The notes: generated by a model from the letters alone, not told the origin. Shown: positions 1 through 9,878, counted from the stretch's first letter. The stretch: 64,000 nt of DNA from an uncultured bacterium (GCA_963727255.1 CAVSFC010000002.1:544001-608000); one strand, 5' to 3'. Program-made: numbers and translations.

Positions 1-46
1 AATATGATATATTCTTTCAGCCATTATTGTTTTAAAGGAAATTTTT

Positions 47-748
47 ATGGATATTAAGTTATTATTCGTCCTACCATTTTTGCTTACTTCAGGCATTGCT
101 TTAGGGATGCAAGAAGAGTCTAATCAGCCCATGGCTGACCAAGAATTTTATGCTTTTATTGAAAAAAATAAAGAAGCTCTAGAGAGAAATGCAGCAGCAG
201 CGGATAAGCTCATGGAACATAAAAAGATGATGAAGATTAAAATGGATGAGGAGCTTCTTAAACGTGGCATTCAGCCGCGCAAGACAGTAGCCGAAACCCT
301 AGAAATGTACCGGCGCGCAGCTCTCCCACAAGAAAATCAAGATGCCTATGCGCTTATTGCACTGATGGAATCAGGCCAAATTGAACAACTTAAAAATGAA
401 TTAGAAACTAAAAGCCCGAATAGTAAGGATGAAGGTGGCAATAGTCTGCTCCATAAGGCTGTTGAAGTAACCAATGCCAATAATACACAGGTAATGAAGC
501 TCTTACTTGCTAAAGGAGCGGATGTTAATGGGAAAGATTTGAGCGGGGCAACTCCTTTGCATTGGGCTGCATTGCAAGAAGATCCCACGGCAATTCAGTT
601 ATTACTCGATTTCGGAGCTGATGCTAATCTAACAGATAATCAGGGGAAAACTGCTCTGGATCTTGCAAATGATTGGGCACGTAATAATAATACTGTCAAA
701 GAATTGCTTTATCCGGTAACGAAAAAAAGCTGGTGCGTTATTCAGTAA
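47..748 (+). CDS. Secreted ankyrin-repeat protein with C-terminal CaaX motif (candidate host-prenylated effector)
   Basis: N-terminal hydrophobic signal peptide; ankyrin consensus GNSLLHKAV, GATPLHWAA, GKTALDLA; ends KKSWCVIQ-stop. Confidence 0.9.
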   Translation: MDIKLLFVLPFLLTSGIALGMQEESNQPMADQEFYAFIEKNKEALERNAAAADKLMEHKKMMKIKMDEELLKRGIQPRKTVAETLEMYRRAALPQENQDAYALIALMESGQIEQLKNELETKSPNSKDEGGNSLLHKAVEVTNANNTQVMKLLLAKGADVNGKDLSGATPLHWAALQEDPTAIQLLLDFGADANLTDNQGKTALDLANDWARNNNTVKELLYPVTKKSWCVIQ

Positions 749-756
749 CACGAAAC

Positions 757-2568
757 TTATTTTTTCTTACTTTGAAGTTCTCTCACTTTAAAGATAAGAA
801 GTGAAAGCGCTGCCGGGGTCATGCCCGGGATTAATGAGGCTTGGGCGATGTTTGCAGGTTGATGCTTTTTAAGTTTTTCCTGAAGTTCTTTGGAAAGCCC
901 TGGCATGTTGCTATAATCCATATTTTTTGGAAGCTCTAAAGCTTTATACATCTGCGCTTTTTGCGCCTCTTTTTCTTCGCGAGCCAGATACGGCTCATAA
1001 CGGATTTCAGCATGAATACTATGGGCTACACGGTCAGGCAGATCCTTTCCAGTGCCTTCTTTTAGCTTATTTACATCACACTCAAGATCACCATAGAGCT
1101 TAAGCAGGGCGGTATTATTATTCCCGGCCCGAAGTTCTTGCAACGTTGTAGAGAGCAGCTCTTTTTCTTTCTTAAAATCATTGTATAACTCTTCTTCAAT
1201 TAACCCAAGGTTATAGGCGCGATCGGTCAATCGTAAAAATGCATTATCTTGGCGTAAGGTGAGTCTGCGTTCTGCGCGAGAGGTGAACATCCGATACGGC
1301 TCATCAACACTTAAGCTCACCAGATCATCGATCATTACGCCGATATATCCTTGTGTCCGTTCGATAATAAACGGCTCTTTGCCTGCCTGTTTAAGATGGC
1401 CGTTGATACCGGCAATAATCCCTTGGCCGGCTGCTTCTTCATACCCGGTGGTGCCATTAATCTGCCCGGCAAGAAAAAGGCCCGGCGCGGTTTTAACTTC
1501 CATGGAATGGTGCAATTGATCAGGCATTACAAAATCGTATTCAATAGCATAGCCAGGACGGGTGATAACCGCTTCTTCAAATCCTTTAATGGTTTGCACG
1601 TAGGCTTTTTGCACTTCATAGGGCAATGAAGTTGAAATACCATTTGGGTAAATCTCCTCACTATTGGCCCCCTCAGGTTCCACAAAAATATGATGGGATG
1701 TTTTATCTGCAAATCTGCCTATTTTATCTTCTATAGAAGGGCAATAGCGTGGGCCTATTCCTTTAATATTGCCGCTATACATTGCTGAAAGATGCAAGTT
1801 TTTTTTGATAATTTCATGCGTTTTTTCATTGGTATGAGTGATATAGCATGCATGCGAACTATTGGCTTTATGCGGATAAAACTCAAACAAATAGTTTAAG
1901 TTATCTGGTTTTTGGTATTCTAATCGTGAAAAATCGATTGATGATTTGAGCAATCGTGGTGGAGTTCCTGTTTTTAAACGGCCCATGCGAAGCCCAAGAT
2001 TTCCTAAAACTCCTGAAAGATTGGTGACTGCCTCTTCACCTTGACGTCCGGCTGAATAATTAACCTTGCCAATATGCACTTTTCCATTTAAAAAAGTTCC
2101 GGTGGTCAAAATTACTACGGGAGCCAAAAATTCTGCTCCATCACGAGTGACTACCCCTCTTACCTGATTTGTTTTCTCTTCGTGCAAAATATTTTGCACC
2201 ATGCCCATGCGCAAAGTGAGGTTAGGCATTCTTTCTAGCGTTTCTTTTGAAAGTTTATTATAGGCATACTTATCGATTTGCAAGCGAAGGCCATGGACGG
2301 CGGATCCTTTGCTGGTATTGAGCATTCGCGCTTGCAGATAGGTTTTAGTGCACATTTTAGGCATTAATCCGCCTAATGCACTAATTTCATAGACAATATG
2401 GCCCTTGCCTACGCCCCCAATAGCAGGATTGCAGGGCATGAGGCCTATAGTATCAATATTGAGAGTAATAAGAAGAGTCTTTGAACCCATCTTGGCAGCT
2501 GCATGAGCGGCTTCTATGCCGGCATGCCCGCCACCAACAACGATTACATCAAAATCACGTGCAAACAT
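757..2568 (-). CDS. mnmG: tRNA uridine-5-carboxymethylaminomethyl(34) synthesis enzyme MnmG/GidA
   Basis: VIVVGGGHAGIEAA FAD motif, MPCNPAIGG, GPRYCPSIEDK, AGQINGTTGYEEAAGQG. Confidence 0.98.
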   Translation of the reverse strand: MFARDFDVIVVGGGHAGIEAAHAAAKMGSKTLLITLNIDTIGLMPCNPAIGGVGKGHIVYEISALGGLMPKMCTKTYLQARMLNTSKGSAVHGLRLQIDKYAYNKLSKETLERMPNLTLRMGMVQNILHEEKTNQVRGVVTRDGAEFLAPVVILTTGTFLNGKVHIGKVNYSAGRQGEEAVTNLSGVLGNLGLRMGRLKTGTPPRLLKSSIDFSRLEYQKPDNLNYLFEFYPHKANSSHACYITHTNEKTHEIIKKNLHLSAMYSGNIKGIGPRYCPSIEDKIGRFADKTSHHIFVEPEGANSEEIYPNGISTSLPYEVQKAYVQTIKGFEEAVITRPGYAIEYDFVMPDQLHHSMEVKTAPGLFLAGQINGTTGYEEAAGQGIIAGINGHLKQAGKEPFIIERTQGYIGVMIDDLVSLSVDEPYRMFTSRAERRLTLRQDNAFLRLTDRAYNLGLIEEELYNDFKKEKELLSTTLQELRAGNNNTALLKLYGDLECDVNKLKEGTGKDLPDRVAHSIHAEIRYEPYLAREEKEAQKAQMYKALELPKNMDYSNMPGLSKELQEKLKKHQPANIAQASLIPGMTPAALSLLIFKVRELQSKKK

Positions 2569-2599
2569 TAAATCCAGTATATTCTATGAGTATTAGATT

Positions 2600-2638
2600 A
2601 AAAAAATAACCAGATACGTATTAAAGTATCTGGTTATT
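2600..2638 (-). terminator. Probable intrinsic terminator after the 2680..3030 gene
   Basis: Inverted repeat aataaccagatac / gtatctggttatt followed by a T-run on the minus strand. Confidence 0.6.
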
Positions 2639-2679
2639 TAGTCTATTTCAGTTTGTTCAAATGAGCAATATTTTGCGAT

Positions 2680-3030
2680 CTAAACTTGTTTCAGTAGATG
2701 TATAGGTGTTTTGCGGATTTCAACAGATAGTATAAAAGATAGATCCAAAATAGTCTGTAGGTTGCTTTTTCTTAAAAAAGCATTTACTGCCCAAGTATTA
2801 TTACTGCACTCTTCTGAAGAAACGAAAGAGATTCCAGGTAAATTCTCCCATTTTTCTAAATCGCTAATTTGCGCGACGATATAACAAAGAGAATTGTCTG
2901 GCATAGCATCAAACCGCACTGGATGAAAATTCGTCAATTTTGGATGAAGCGGTGCCTCAGGAGTATAACTTACTGCAAGTGAGCTTGCTAACGCTGGAAC
3001 TAATAAGCAAATTGCTAATATTCTTTTCAT
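2680..3030 (-). CDS. Small secreted hypothetical protein
   Basis: 116-aa ORF with signal peptide MKRILAICLLVPALASSLA and upstream AGGA. Confidence 0.7.
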   Translation of the reverse strand: MKRILAICLLVPALASSLAVSYTPEAPLHPKLTNFHPVRFDAMPDNSLCYIVAQISDLEKWENLPGISFVSSEECSNNTWAVNAFLRKSNLQTILDLSFILSVEIRKTPIHLLKQV

Positions 3031-3098
3031 AGTTTAATCCTATATTATTTTACTTAAATACTAGGCTTCACTATGTCTCTATTCACTATTCAAGATGT

Positions 3099-3132
3099 CT
3101 GCCCGCCTTAGCTCGGAGAGCGACGACTAGGG
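3099..3132. repeat. Degenerate copy of palindromic repeat family A
   Basis: ctgcccgccttagctcggagagcgacgactaggg resembles the copies at 5364, 35734, 37674 and 50841. Confidence 0.4.
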
Positions 3133-3218
3133 TTGCTCCAAAAAGCTCCTTAATTAACCTCTATTTCCCCTACAGCGTGGTACTGTTTGGTATCATAGTA
3201 ATCCTTATTAAAGGGTGA

Positions 3219-3980
3219 TTACGGTTTCTTAAGTCTAGCACTTATGATCGGCAGCAATTCAATATTTACGTTATTTTGGATCGTAGCAGTCTTAACTTTG
3301 ATCTCTTTTACTAAGGTTTTTAGTTTTTCGAGTTCTTGAGTTACCATGGGATGTTTCTCAAGAATGAGCAAGTTATAGATTTCAGTAAGCTTCTGATCGA
3401 GTAAATCAAGCGAAGCAACCGAAGTAAGCTTGGTCAAATGCGGTCTTAAAACTCCTGCTAATGTGGTTGCTTTTTTAGCATCAGGCGATTTTCGGTGAGT
3501 GTCGAGAATGGTATAGAGCGTTTGAAGCTCTTTATATGCCAACTCATTGGCTAAATTATACGTTGCCTCAAGAATCTTATGATAGACTGATCCAGGTCGA
3601 ACGCTTCTGGAATTGGTTAGCTCAGCTCTCAACGGTGTTAAAATATTTTTTTCGATATGTAAAAGCCGAACTTGGCAACGATTAATGTATGCAGAGAACG
3701 ACTCTTTATTATTTTTATCTATAAAGCTTTTAACCAAATCAACAATAGCATTTACCGTGTCACCGATCTGAATAAACATATATTCAAAAAATTGATCGTC
3801 ATTTTGACCAATTTTATAGCTAAGCTCTTGAGGTGCATCTACTTTTAAGATGGGAGTGCTTGAGCTAAGATTTTGAGCTGTATCTACTAAGATTTGCATA
3901 CTTGATTGATTTGCTTGGGCAGTACTTGCAATAGCAAGGGCTATTACTACTGCCTTCAATTTCAATATATCTGTTTTCAT
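3219..3980 (-). CDS. Secreted alpha-helical hypothetical protein
   Basis: 253-aa ORF, signal peptide ending AQA, RBS GAGG upstream. Confidence 0.8.
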   Translation of the reverse strand: MKTDILKLKAVVIALAIASTAQANQSSMQILVDTAQNLSSSTPILKVDAPQELSYKIGQNDDQFFEYMFIQIGDTVNAIVDLVKSFIDKNNKESFSAYINRCQVRLLHIEKNILTPLRAELTNSRSVRPGSVYHKILEATYNLANELAYKELQTLYTILDTHRKSPDAKKATTLAGVLRPHLTKLTSVASLDLLDQKLTEIYNLLILEKHPMVTQELEKLKTLVKEIKVKTATIQNNVNIELLPIISARLKKP

Positions 3981-4170
3981 GTCAAAACCTCTTTGTCTGC
4001 GGTTAAAAATTGTTGTGAGACATATTACATCTTGACAATATCAAGTTTAAACGAGCTTTTTATTTAGTCAAATCGGTGGTCTTCTCTTGATTTAAAAACC
4101 ACATCTACTATTCTTAAAAGACAGGTTTAAATTTGTTTTTTTTATTCAAATTGTATTTGAAAGAATTTGT

Positions 4171-5235
4171 ATGTTTTATACGCTCTCTTCTTATTTTCGG
4201 GATACCATTTTCTTTGCTAATGTATTTCACTATATAAGCTTTCGGGCGATCGCTGCCTTGCTAACCGCTCTTTTGGTTGCGCTTATCAGTGGCGGCTGGT
4301 TTATAGGCTCATGGGCTCTATTTTTTAGATCTAAAGCCCGAGAAGATACTCCAGAAAGCCATCGGGCCAAAGATGATATGCCGACCATGGGGGGAATTTT
4401 CATTCTTTTTACCATCTTGGTTACAAGCCTGCTCTGGGCAGATCTCACTAATCCCCTGGTTTGGACATTTCTGATCTGCATTTTTGGCTTTGGGGCAATA
4501 GGCTTCGCCGATGATTGGAAGAAGATCAGGAAAGGCAAGGGAATATACGCTCGATCCAAATTTATTGCCCAATGGTCGGTGGCCGCCCTCATTAGCCTGC
4601 TTTTAGTTTTTTGGGTTGGTACTAAAACTATCTTCGTATTTCCCTTTTTTAAGAACCTTACCCCGGATCTGGGTCTTTTGTTTATCCCATGGGCCATGTT
4701 TATCCTCGTAAGCTGCAGCAACGCGGTTAACTTGACCGATGGGCTTGATGGACTGGCTATCGGCTCGCTATTGCCCAATTTTGTGCTATTTTCGCTTATT
4801 GGCTATTTAGCCGGCCATACCTTAATTGCGGCCTATCTGAACATACCCTATGCTGCTAGTGCCGAACTGGCGGTCCTGGGAAGTACTTTAATTGGTGCTT
4901 CTCTAGGATTTTTGTGGTTTAATGCCTATCCGGCTCAGATTTTTATGGGGGATGTGGGCTCTCTGGCCCTTGGATCAGCGCTTGCCTTGATGGCACTTGC
5001 AGCTAAACAGGAGTTCTTGCTGGCAATTTCAGGCGGGCTTTTTGTTCTTGAAACTGTTTCAGTAATACTTCAAGTTTTTGTCTTTAAACGCTGGAAAAAG
5101 CGGATTTTTAAGATGGCTCCAATCCATCATCATTTTGAGCTAATGGGCTGGCCAGAGGCAAAAATAACAACCAGATTCGGAATTATTTCATTGGTATTGT
5201 GTTTATTGGCACTAATTACGTTGAAGTTGCGATAA
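4171..5235 (+). CDS. mraY: Phospho-N-acetylmuramoyl-pentapeptide transferase
   Basis: PTMGG, DDWKK, NAVNLTDGLDGLA, FMGDVGS, MAPIHHHFEL motifs. Confidence 0.98.
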   Translation: MFYTLSSYFRDTIFFANVFHYISFRAIAALLTALLVALISGGWFIGSWALFFRSKAREDTPESHRAKDDMPTMGGIFILFTILVTSLLWADLTNPLVWTFLICIFGFGAIGFADDWKKIRKGKGIYARSKFIAQWSVAALISLLLVFWVGTKTIFVFPFFKNLTPDLGLLFIPWAMFILVSCSNAVNLTDGLDGLAIGSLLPNFVLFSLIGYLAGHTLIAAYLNIPYAASAELAVLGSTLIGASLGFLWFNAYPAQIFMGDVGSLALGSALALMALAAKQEFLLAISGGLFVLETVSVILQVFVFKRWKKRIFKMAPIHHHFELMGWPEAKITTRFGIISLVLCLLALITLKLR

Positions 5236-5300
5236 TGATTTATTCAAAAAAAATGAATAAAACGGGGCTGCCTCAATATGCCATGCCCCGCTTTTCAGAT

Positions 5301-5466
5301 TATTCTCCGACGCCAGAAAACCGCAAGGCTTTTTAAGCCTGGGGATGAATGGCGGGAGAATATCCGCCGAAGTTTGCCGAGCCGGAAGGCCCGGATAAAC
5401 GTAGGCTGGATAAGGCTTTGGCGAATTCCGCGCGATACATCGGCTTTTAAGCCGATGAGCGCTTCA
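5301..5466. repeat. GC-rich cluster of hairpins including a family A repeat (5364-5409)
   Basis: tattctcc..cgcca/tggcgggagaata stem, two ggcttt(t)taagcc hairpins, and a 46-nt unit 41/46 identical to 35734-35779. Confidence 0.75.
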
Positions 5467-5525
5467 TTTAATAGAAGATTCTAAAATAGAATTTTTCCAT
5501 TTGATCATCAAAAGGCCTCATGCGT

Positions 5526-6515
5526 TTAGGGTGATTGTTCAAAAGGCTTCATGCCTTTAGGGCGATTTTTATCTAAGTATTCTTTAAGCCAAGCTTTAGC
5601 TCCAGGAGTATTTAATTGCGATTCCATAAAAATTAAGTAATAAGCATCATCAAAATTGTACATCATCACCTGTTGAGACGAAAGTTTCGAATGGGGTACT
5701 TGCGCTGCCGCTTTATTAAGCTCGAATTTTTTCCAGCGCGCGAGCTCTTGAAGAAGTGCTCCCGCAATTTCTTTATTGTTATTGATCGATTCATCGGAAG
5801 CTTTTTTTATTTTTTCAACTGCTTCAGCAAGCGTTGACGAAGATTTTATAAGTCCTAATAATTTTATCTTAACTAATTTATTATAAGAAGTTGTAGGCAA
5901 TCCTATTTCTGATGCTGTTTCTTTCATTGGATTATCGATAAGACTCACCTCTTGGCTTTTAGTGGGATTTTTAACAAAATATTCTTTAAGCCACTGTAGA
6001 GCGCCAGGAGTTTTTAATCGTGATACAACAAAAACTAAGTAATCTTCATCGCCCCAACTTATCTCCTTCGCTAGATCTTTCTGATCTTCTTGCGATAAAT
6101 CTGCACGAACTACTTGTTGTGCCGCTAAGTTAAATTCCATTTTATATTTATCCGCGAGGGCTTTAATAAGTTCTCCTGCAATTTCCGTATCATTATTTAT
6201 TGATTCGTTGGAAGCTTTTTTTATTTTTTCAACTGCTTCATCAAGTGTTGAGGAAGATTGTATGAGTGATACTAATTTTGCCGTAATTCCTGGTTTTGCC
6301 CTAGCATAGATCTTATCATAAAGTTCCCGTGGCAATGTACTTTGTAATTCTGCAAGTGTTTTGCTGCCATTAAGCACCAGTTTTACTGTTGCATCGACTG
6401 ATGCTTCAGTTAAAGATTTAGGTTGTAGAGATTTGGGTTGTTCCATTGCTGGAAGACTGATGCTGAATAGGGCCATTACTGCGAACAATGCTAAATTTCT
6501 TAAAAAATTCTTCAT
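5526..6515 (-). CDS. Secreted protein with an internally duplicated domain and a BC-box-like N-terminus
   Basis: Start MKNFLRN; signal peptide ends SLPA|MEQ; two copies of SSSTLxEAVEKIKKASxESINNxxEIAG...L(K/N)TPGAxxWLKEY. Confidence 0.85.
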   Translation of the reverse strand: MKNFLRNLALFAVMALFSISLPAMEQPKSLQPKSLTEASVDATVKLVLNGSKTLAELQSTLPRELYDKIYARAKPGITAKLVSLIQSSSTLDEAVEKIKKASNESINNDTEIAGELIKALADKYKMEFNLAAQQVVRADLSQEDQKDLAKEISWGDEDYLVFVVSRLKTPGALQWLKEYFVKNPTKSQEVSLIDNPMKETASEIGLPTTSYNKLVKIKLLGLIKSSSTLAEAVEKIKKASDESINNNKEIAGALLQELARWKKFELNKAAAQVPHSKLSSQQVMMYNFDDAYYLIFMESQLNTPGAKAWLKEYLDKNRPKGMKPFEQSP

Positions 6516-6659
6516 ACTATTTACTCTAAAAGGAGGTTTTATAGACTCACCATAAATATATTCTATTTGTATTATAGCATGAGAATAGGGACAAAGCAAG
6601 AATTTATGGGTTAAAATAAGGGTAGACTTTTAAAATAAGAGTCTTTTTAAAGGGCTGGG

Positions 6660-7952
6660 TTATTTTTCTTTTGTATAAAGCAATAAGCCAAAAGCTAATA
6701 ATCCAGCAAAGCCAATGAGTGGCAGAATGCCGCCAATCAAAAAGTTTCTGATACAAGCGCCGATAAGTATTAAACAGCTGATCAATGCAGCATGAGGGAT
6801 GAGTTGTTGTGCAATTGGATAGTGATTGCGTTTATAGGCCATCATCAAGGCGAATACGCAAACAGTATACGTAAGAGCCGTACCCAGAGCGGCAAGCTGT
6901 TGCAAGATAACTTGATTTCCTGAACTAGCAAAAAGATATACGACACAAAAGAGCCATTCTGCAAATATACAAAAATAGGGAATTGCTTGCGCGTTTAAAG
7001 CGGAAAAAATCTTCCAACCTCTAATTTTTTTATTTTGCGCAAGAATATATAGGTTCCAATTGTTGCTATACAAAATGCCATAGCATCCGCCCAAGGCAGA
7101 TGCAGCAATTGCAAGATGAAAGAGAGCTTGTAGCTTGTGAATCAAAGTAGGATTAAAATGGAAGAGCTTCTGCAATAATGCCGGAAAGGCACCCAGATAA
7201 TTTGGTTGATCAGCCAATGTTTGACCAAGAGTTGCATAGAATAAGAATTGGAATAAAAATACCAAGATCATCATTGTAGCGAATGAGATCATAATTGCTT
7301 TTGGGGCATTGCGTTCTGCATCTTCAATTTTATTACTGATGGCGCAGATTGCTTCAAACCCCATTGCTGCATAAAGAACAAGGGGAATGCAGGATGGAAT
7401 ACCGGTCCAAATTGCGGGTAAAGAAAAAACATGTGCAGGAGCAAAAAAAAGTAATCCGATTGTGATCACAAAAAGAACAGGAAGTAATTTGAGTGCTAAA
7501 AATCCAAACTGGATACGGCTTCCGGTTTTCATGTTCAAAAGATTTAGGCAGATAAATAAACTTAAAATAAGTAAATCATAAAAAAGTATTGGGCCTACTG
7601 AAAGTAAGGCGGGGAATATTTGAGTGATCAGGGAAACTGAAACATGAATCATTAAACTTGCAGAGGCCAGTTTTGCAATAAAATAACTCCAGGTACTAAT
7701 ATATCCAACTAACGGGCTTATTTCTTGTTCGCCATACATATAAAAACCACCGGATGGATATATTTTTATGAGCGATGCAATGGCGATAATAAGTGGCAAA
7801 ACTAATAATCCAATCAATGGATACATAAATCCACTTAATAGGCCAGCACGTTTCGAGAGCTCGACGGTATTAATAAAAATTCCTGCGCCCATCATGATAT
7901 TGATGTTAATTAAAATCGCAGTGGGAAGAGATAATTTATGCTCAGCGGCCAT
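6660..7952 (-). CDS. APC-family amino acid permease
   Basis: NIMMGAGIF, SGGFY, GFEA..NKIEDAERNAPKA motifs; about 12 TM helices. Confidence 0.9.
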   Translation of the reverse strand: MAAEHKLSLPTAILININIMMGAGIFINTVELSKRAGLLSGFMYPLIGLLVLPLIIAIASLIKIYPSGGFYMYGEQEISPLVGYISTWSYFIAKLASASLMIHVSVSLITQIFPALLSVGPILFYDLLILSLFICLNLLNMKTGSRIQFGFLALKLLPVLFVITIGLLFFAPAHVFSLPAIWTGIPSCIPLVLYAAMGFEAICAISNKIEDAERNAPKAIMISFATMMILVFLFQFLFYATLGQTLADQPNYLGAFPALLQKLFHFNPTLIHKLQALFHLAIAASALGGCYGILYSNNWNLYILAQNKKIRGWKIFSALNAQAIPYFCIFAEWLFCVVYLFASSGNQVILQQLAALGTALTYTVCVFALMMAYKRNHYPIAQQLIPHAALISCLILIGACIRNFLIGGILPLIGFAGLLAFGLLLYTKEK

Positions 7953-7999
7953 ATACTTTCTTTCGTAAAAATATTTTTTTATTTAGGAGTGTACGAAGC

Positions 8000-8743
8000 T
8001 TATTGGCCAAATGCAAGATATAGGCCAATAGATCCTGCAACGGCAGCATTCAGGCTTTCCGCTTTGCCAGGCATTGGGATCGTCATAAATTCATCGCAAT
8101 CGCGAAGCCATTCTTGAGGAATGCCGCTTGCTTCATTGCCAACAATGAGCAGTGTTTTTTCAAAATTGATATCTGCAGGCTTTTTGCCGCCCTTAACCAC
8201 GAGTGCGCAAAGTTTGATATCTTTTTTCCACTTAACCACGGTTTGCCATGATGGGGTAAAAATATTCATGAATGCAATAGTGCCCGCAGTTGCTTGAATT
8301 ACTTTTGGGCTCCAAACATCAACTCCATCAACAATTACAACGCTTTTAAGATTAAGCGCAGAAGCAGTGCGAATGAGGGTCCCCATGTTGCCTGGATCGG
8401 TAATATTTGCCAATAAAATTCCCGAGCTTAATTGGGAGAAATTTGGTTGAACAGGAATTTCAAATACTGCCAAAAATCCACTTGGTGAGGTTGCAGCACT
8501 CATCTTTTCCATCACCGTTTCTGGAACAATCGTGATAAAAAAATCATTAGCTAGCTTTTGCGCTTCAGCAAGATTTTCTTGCGTGGTAAAGAGCTGAGCA
8601 AGTTTCATGCTGTTTTTGATGAGGGTGGTAACCGTGCGCAGGCCTTCAGCTATAAATCTGTTTTGAGTCTCGCGGCCTTTGCGATCGTGCAGAGCGCAGA
8701 CCGATTTAATTTCTTCGTTTGTTTTAGAGGTAATGGTTTTCAT
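8000..8743 (-). CDS. TrmH/SpoU family RNA methyltransferase
   Basis: DPGNMGTLIRTA, VGNEASGI, IPMPGKAESLNAAVAG SPOUT motifs. Confidence 0.95.
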   Translation of the reverse strand: MKTITSKTNEEIKSVCALHDRKGRETQNRFIAEGLRTVTTLIKNSMKLAQLFTTQENLAEAQKLANDFFITIVPETVMEKMSAATSPSGFLAVFEIPVQPNFSQLSSGILLANITDPGNMGTLIRTASALNLKSVVIVDGVDVWSPKVIQATAGTIAFMNIFTPSWQTVVKWKKDIKLCALVVKGGKKPADINFEKTLLIVGNEASGIPQEWLRDCDEFMTIPMPGKAESLNAAVAGSIGLYLAFGQ

Positions 8744-8747
8744 TTAT

Positions 8748-9878
8748 TTATAACTCATCATTAAGAATTTTTTTGCGGTAATCCGCCATTAATTGGACCA
8801 TAAAATGAAGATTGTGAATACTTGCCAAGGTGTAGCCAGAAAGCTCGTTCGCTTTAAACAGGTGATGCAGATATGCCCGAGTATATTTTTGGCACACAAT
8901 GCAGGCGCAATTTTTATCAATTGGCTCGAATGCATGCCGATTAGCGCTATTCAAAATTTTTTGATTTCCGGTGCTGGTGAATAATAAGCCATGCCGTGCG
9001 CAACGGGTGGGATGCGAGCTATCAAAGGTATCAATGCCAAATTTGATGCATTGCTCCAGTGATTCTAAATCGCCAATCCCCAGCAAGTGATTTGGTTTAT
9101 CCCTAGGAATTTCTGGCATGGTCGTGGAAAGCATCTCAAACATCTGCTCGCGCGTTTTGCCCATTGATCCGCCAATTGCAAAACCATCAAACGGCAAGTT
9201 GGTTAGATAATTGCAACTTTTTTTGCGCATTTTTTGGTCTACGCCTCCATGAATAACCGCATACATTGCTTGATTATTGGGATGAGCAAGGTGGGTATCA
9301 AGAGAGCGTTTTTCCCAGCGATGGGTGCGTTCAAGCGATTCATGGGCTGCTTTTGAATCAGTGTGATAAGGCAAAAGTTCATCGAATGGGATAATAATAT
9401 CGGCGCCAAGATCTTTTTGGGCTTGCACAGAAGTTTCAGGGGTAAGCAGAATTTTTTGCCCATCGCGATAAGAGCGGAATAGAACTCCTTCTTCGGTGGT
9501 TTTAATCACCAAGTTATCAGTCTTTTTCTGCCCTTTGCTCTTAAGTTCGTCTTTGACGGTGCCATAGGCCAGGCTAAATACCTGGAAGCCCCCTGAATCA
9601 GTAATTATCGGTGCAGAGCGATTAATAAAGGAATGGAGCCCTCCAGCCATTTTTATGGTCTGGGTACCTGGTTGCAGCATCAGGTGATAGGTGTTGCAAA
9701 ACATAAGCTGCAGTCCGAGAGAGTTTACCACTTCGCTATCTACCCCTTTGAGGGTCCCATTGGTGCCTACGGCAACAAAATTAGGGGTATCTATGACCCC
9801 ATGGGGGGTCTGAATACGGCCAACACGTGCCTTAGATCTGCTAGATTGATAGATTTGTTCAAAAAAGAAGGAGTCCAT
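8748..9878 (-). CDS. tgt: tRNA-guanine transglycosylase (queuine-type active site)
   Basis: TPHGVIDTPNF, CNTYHL, TDSGGFQVFSL, HLLGIG, DTFDS, Zn-binding CxCxxC...H. Confidence 0.97.
   Translation of the reverse strand: MDSFFFEQIYQSSRSKARVGRIQTPHGVIDTPNFVAVGTNGTLKGVDSEVVNSLGLQLMFCNTYHLMLQPGTQTIKMAGGLHSFINRSAPIITDSGGFQVFSLAYGTVKDELKSKGQKKTDNLVIKTTEEGVLFRSYRDGQKILLTPETSVQAQKDLGADIIIPFDELLPYHTDSKAAHESLERTHRWEKRSLDTHLAHPNNQAMYAVIHGGVDQKMRKKSCNYLTNLPFDGFAIGGSMGKTREQMFEMLSTTMPEIPRDKPNHLLGIGDLESLEQCIKFGIDTFDSSHPTRCARHGLLFTSTGNQKILNSANRHAFEPIDKNCACIVCQKYTRAYLHHLFKANELSGYTLASIHNLHFMVQLMADYRKKILNDEL

Noticed and set aside
5278..5484. 68-aa ORF downstream of mraY
   Set aside because: It coincides with the GC-rich hairpin/repeat cluster and has no RBS or protein-like features.
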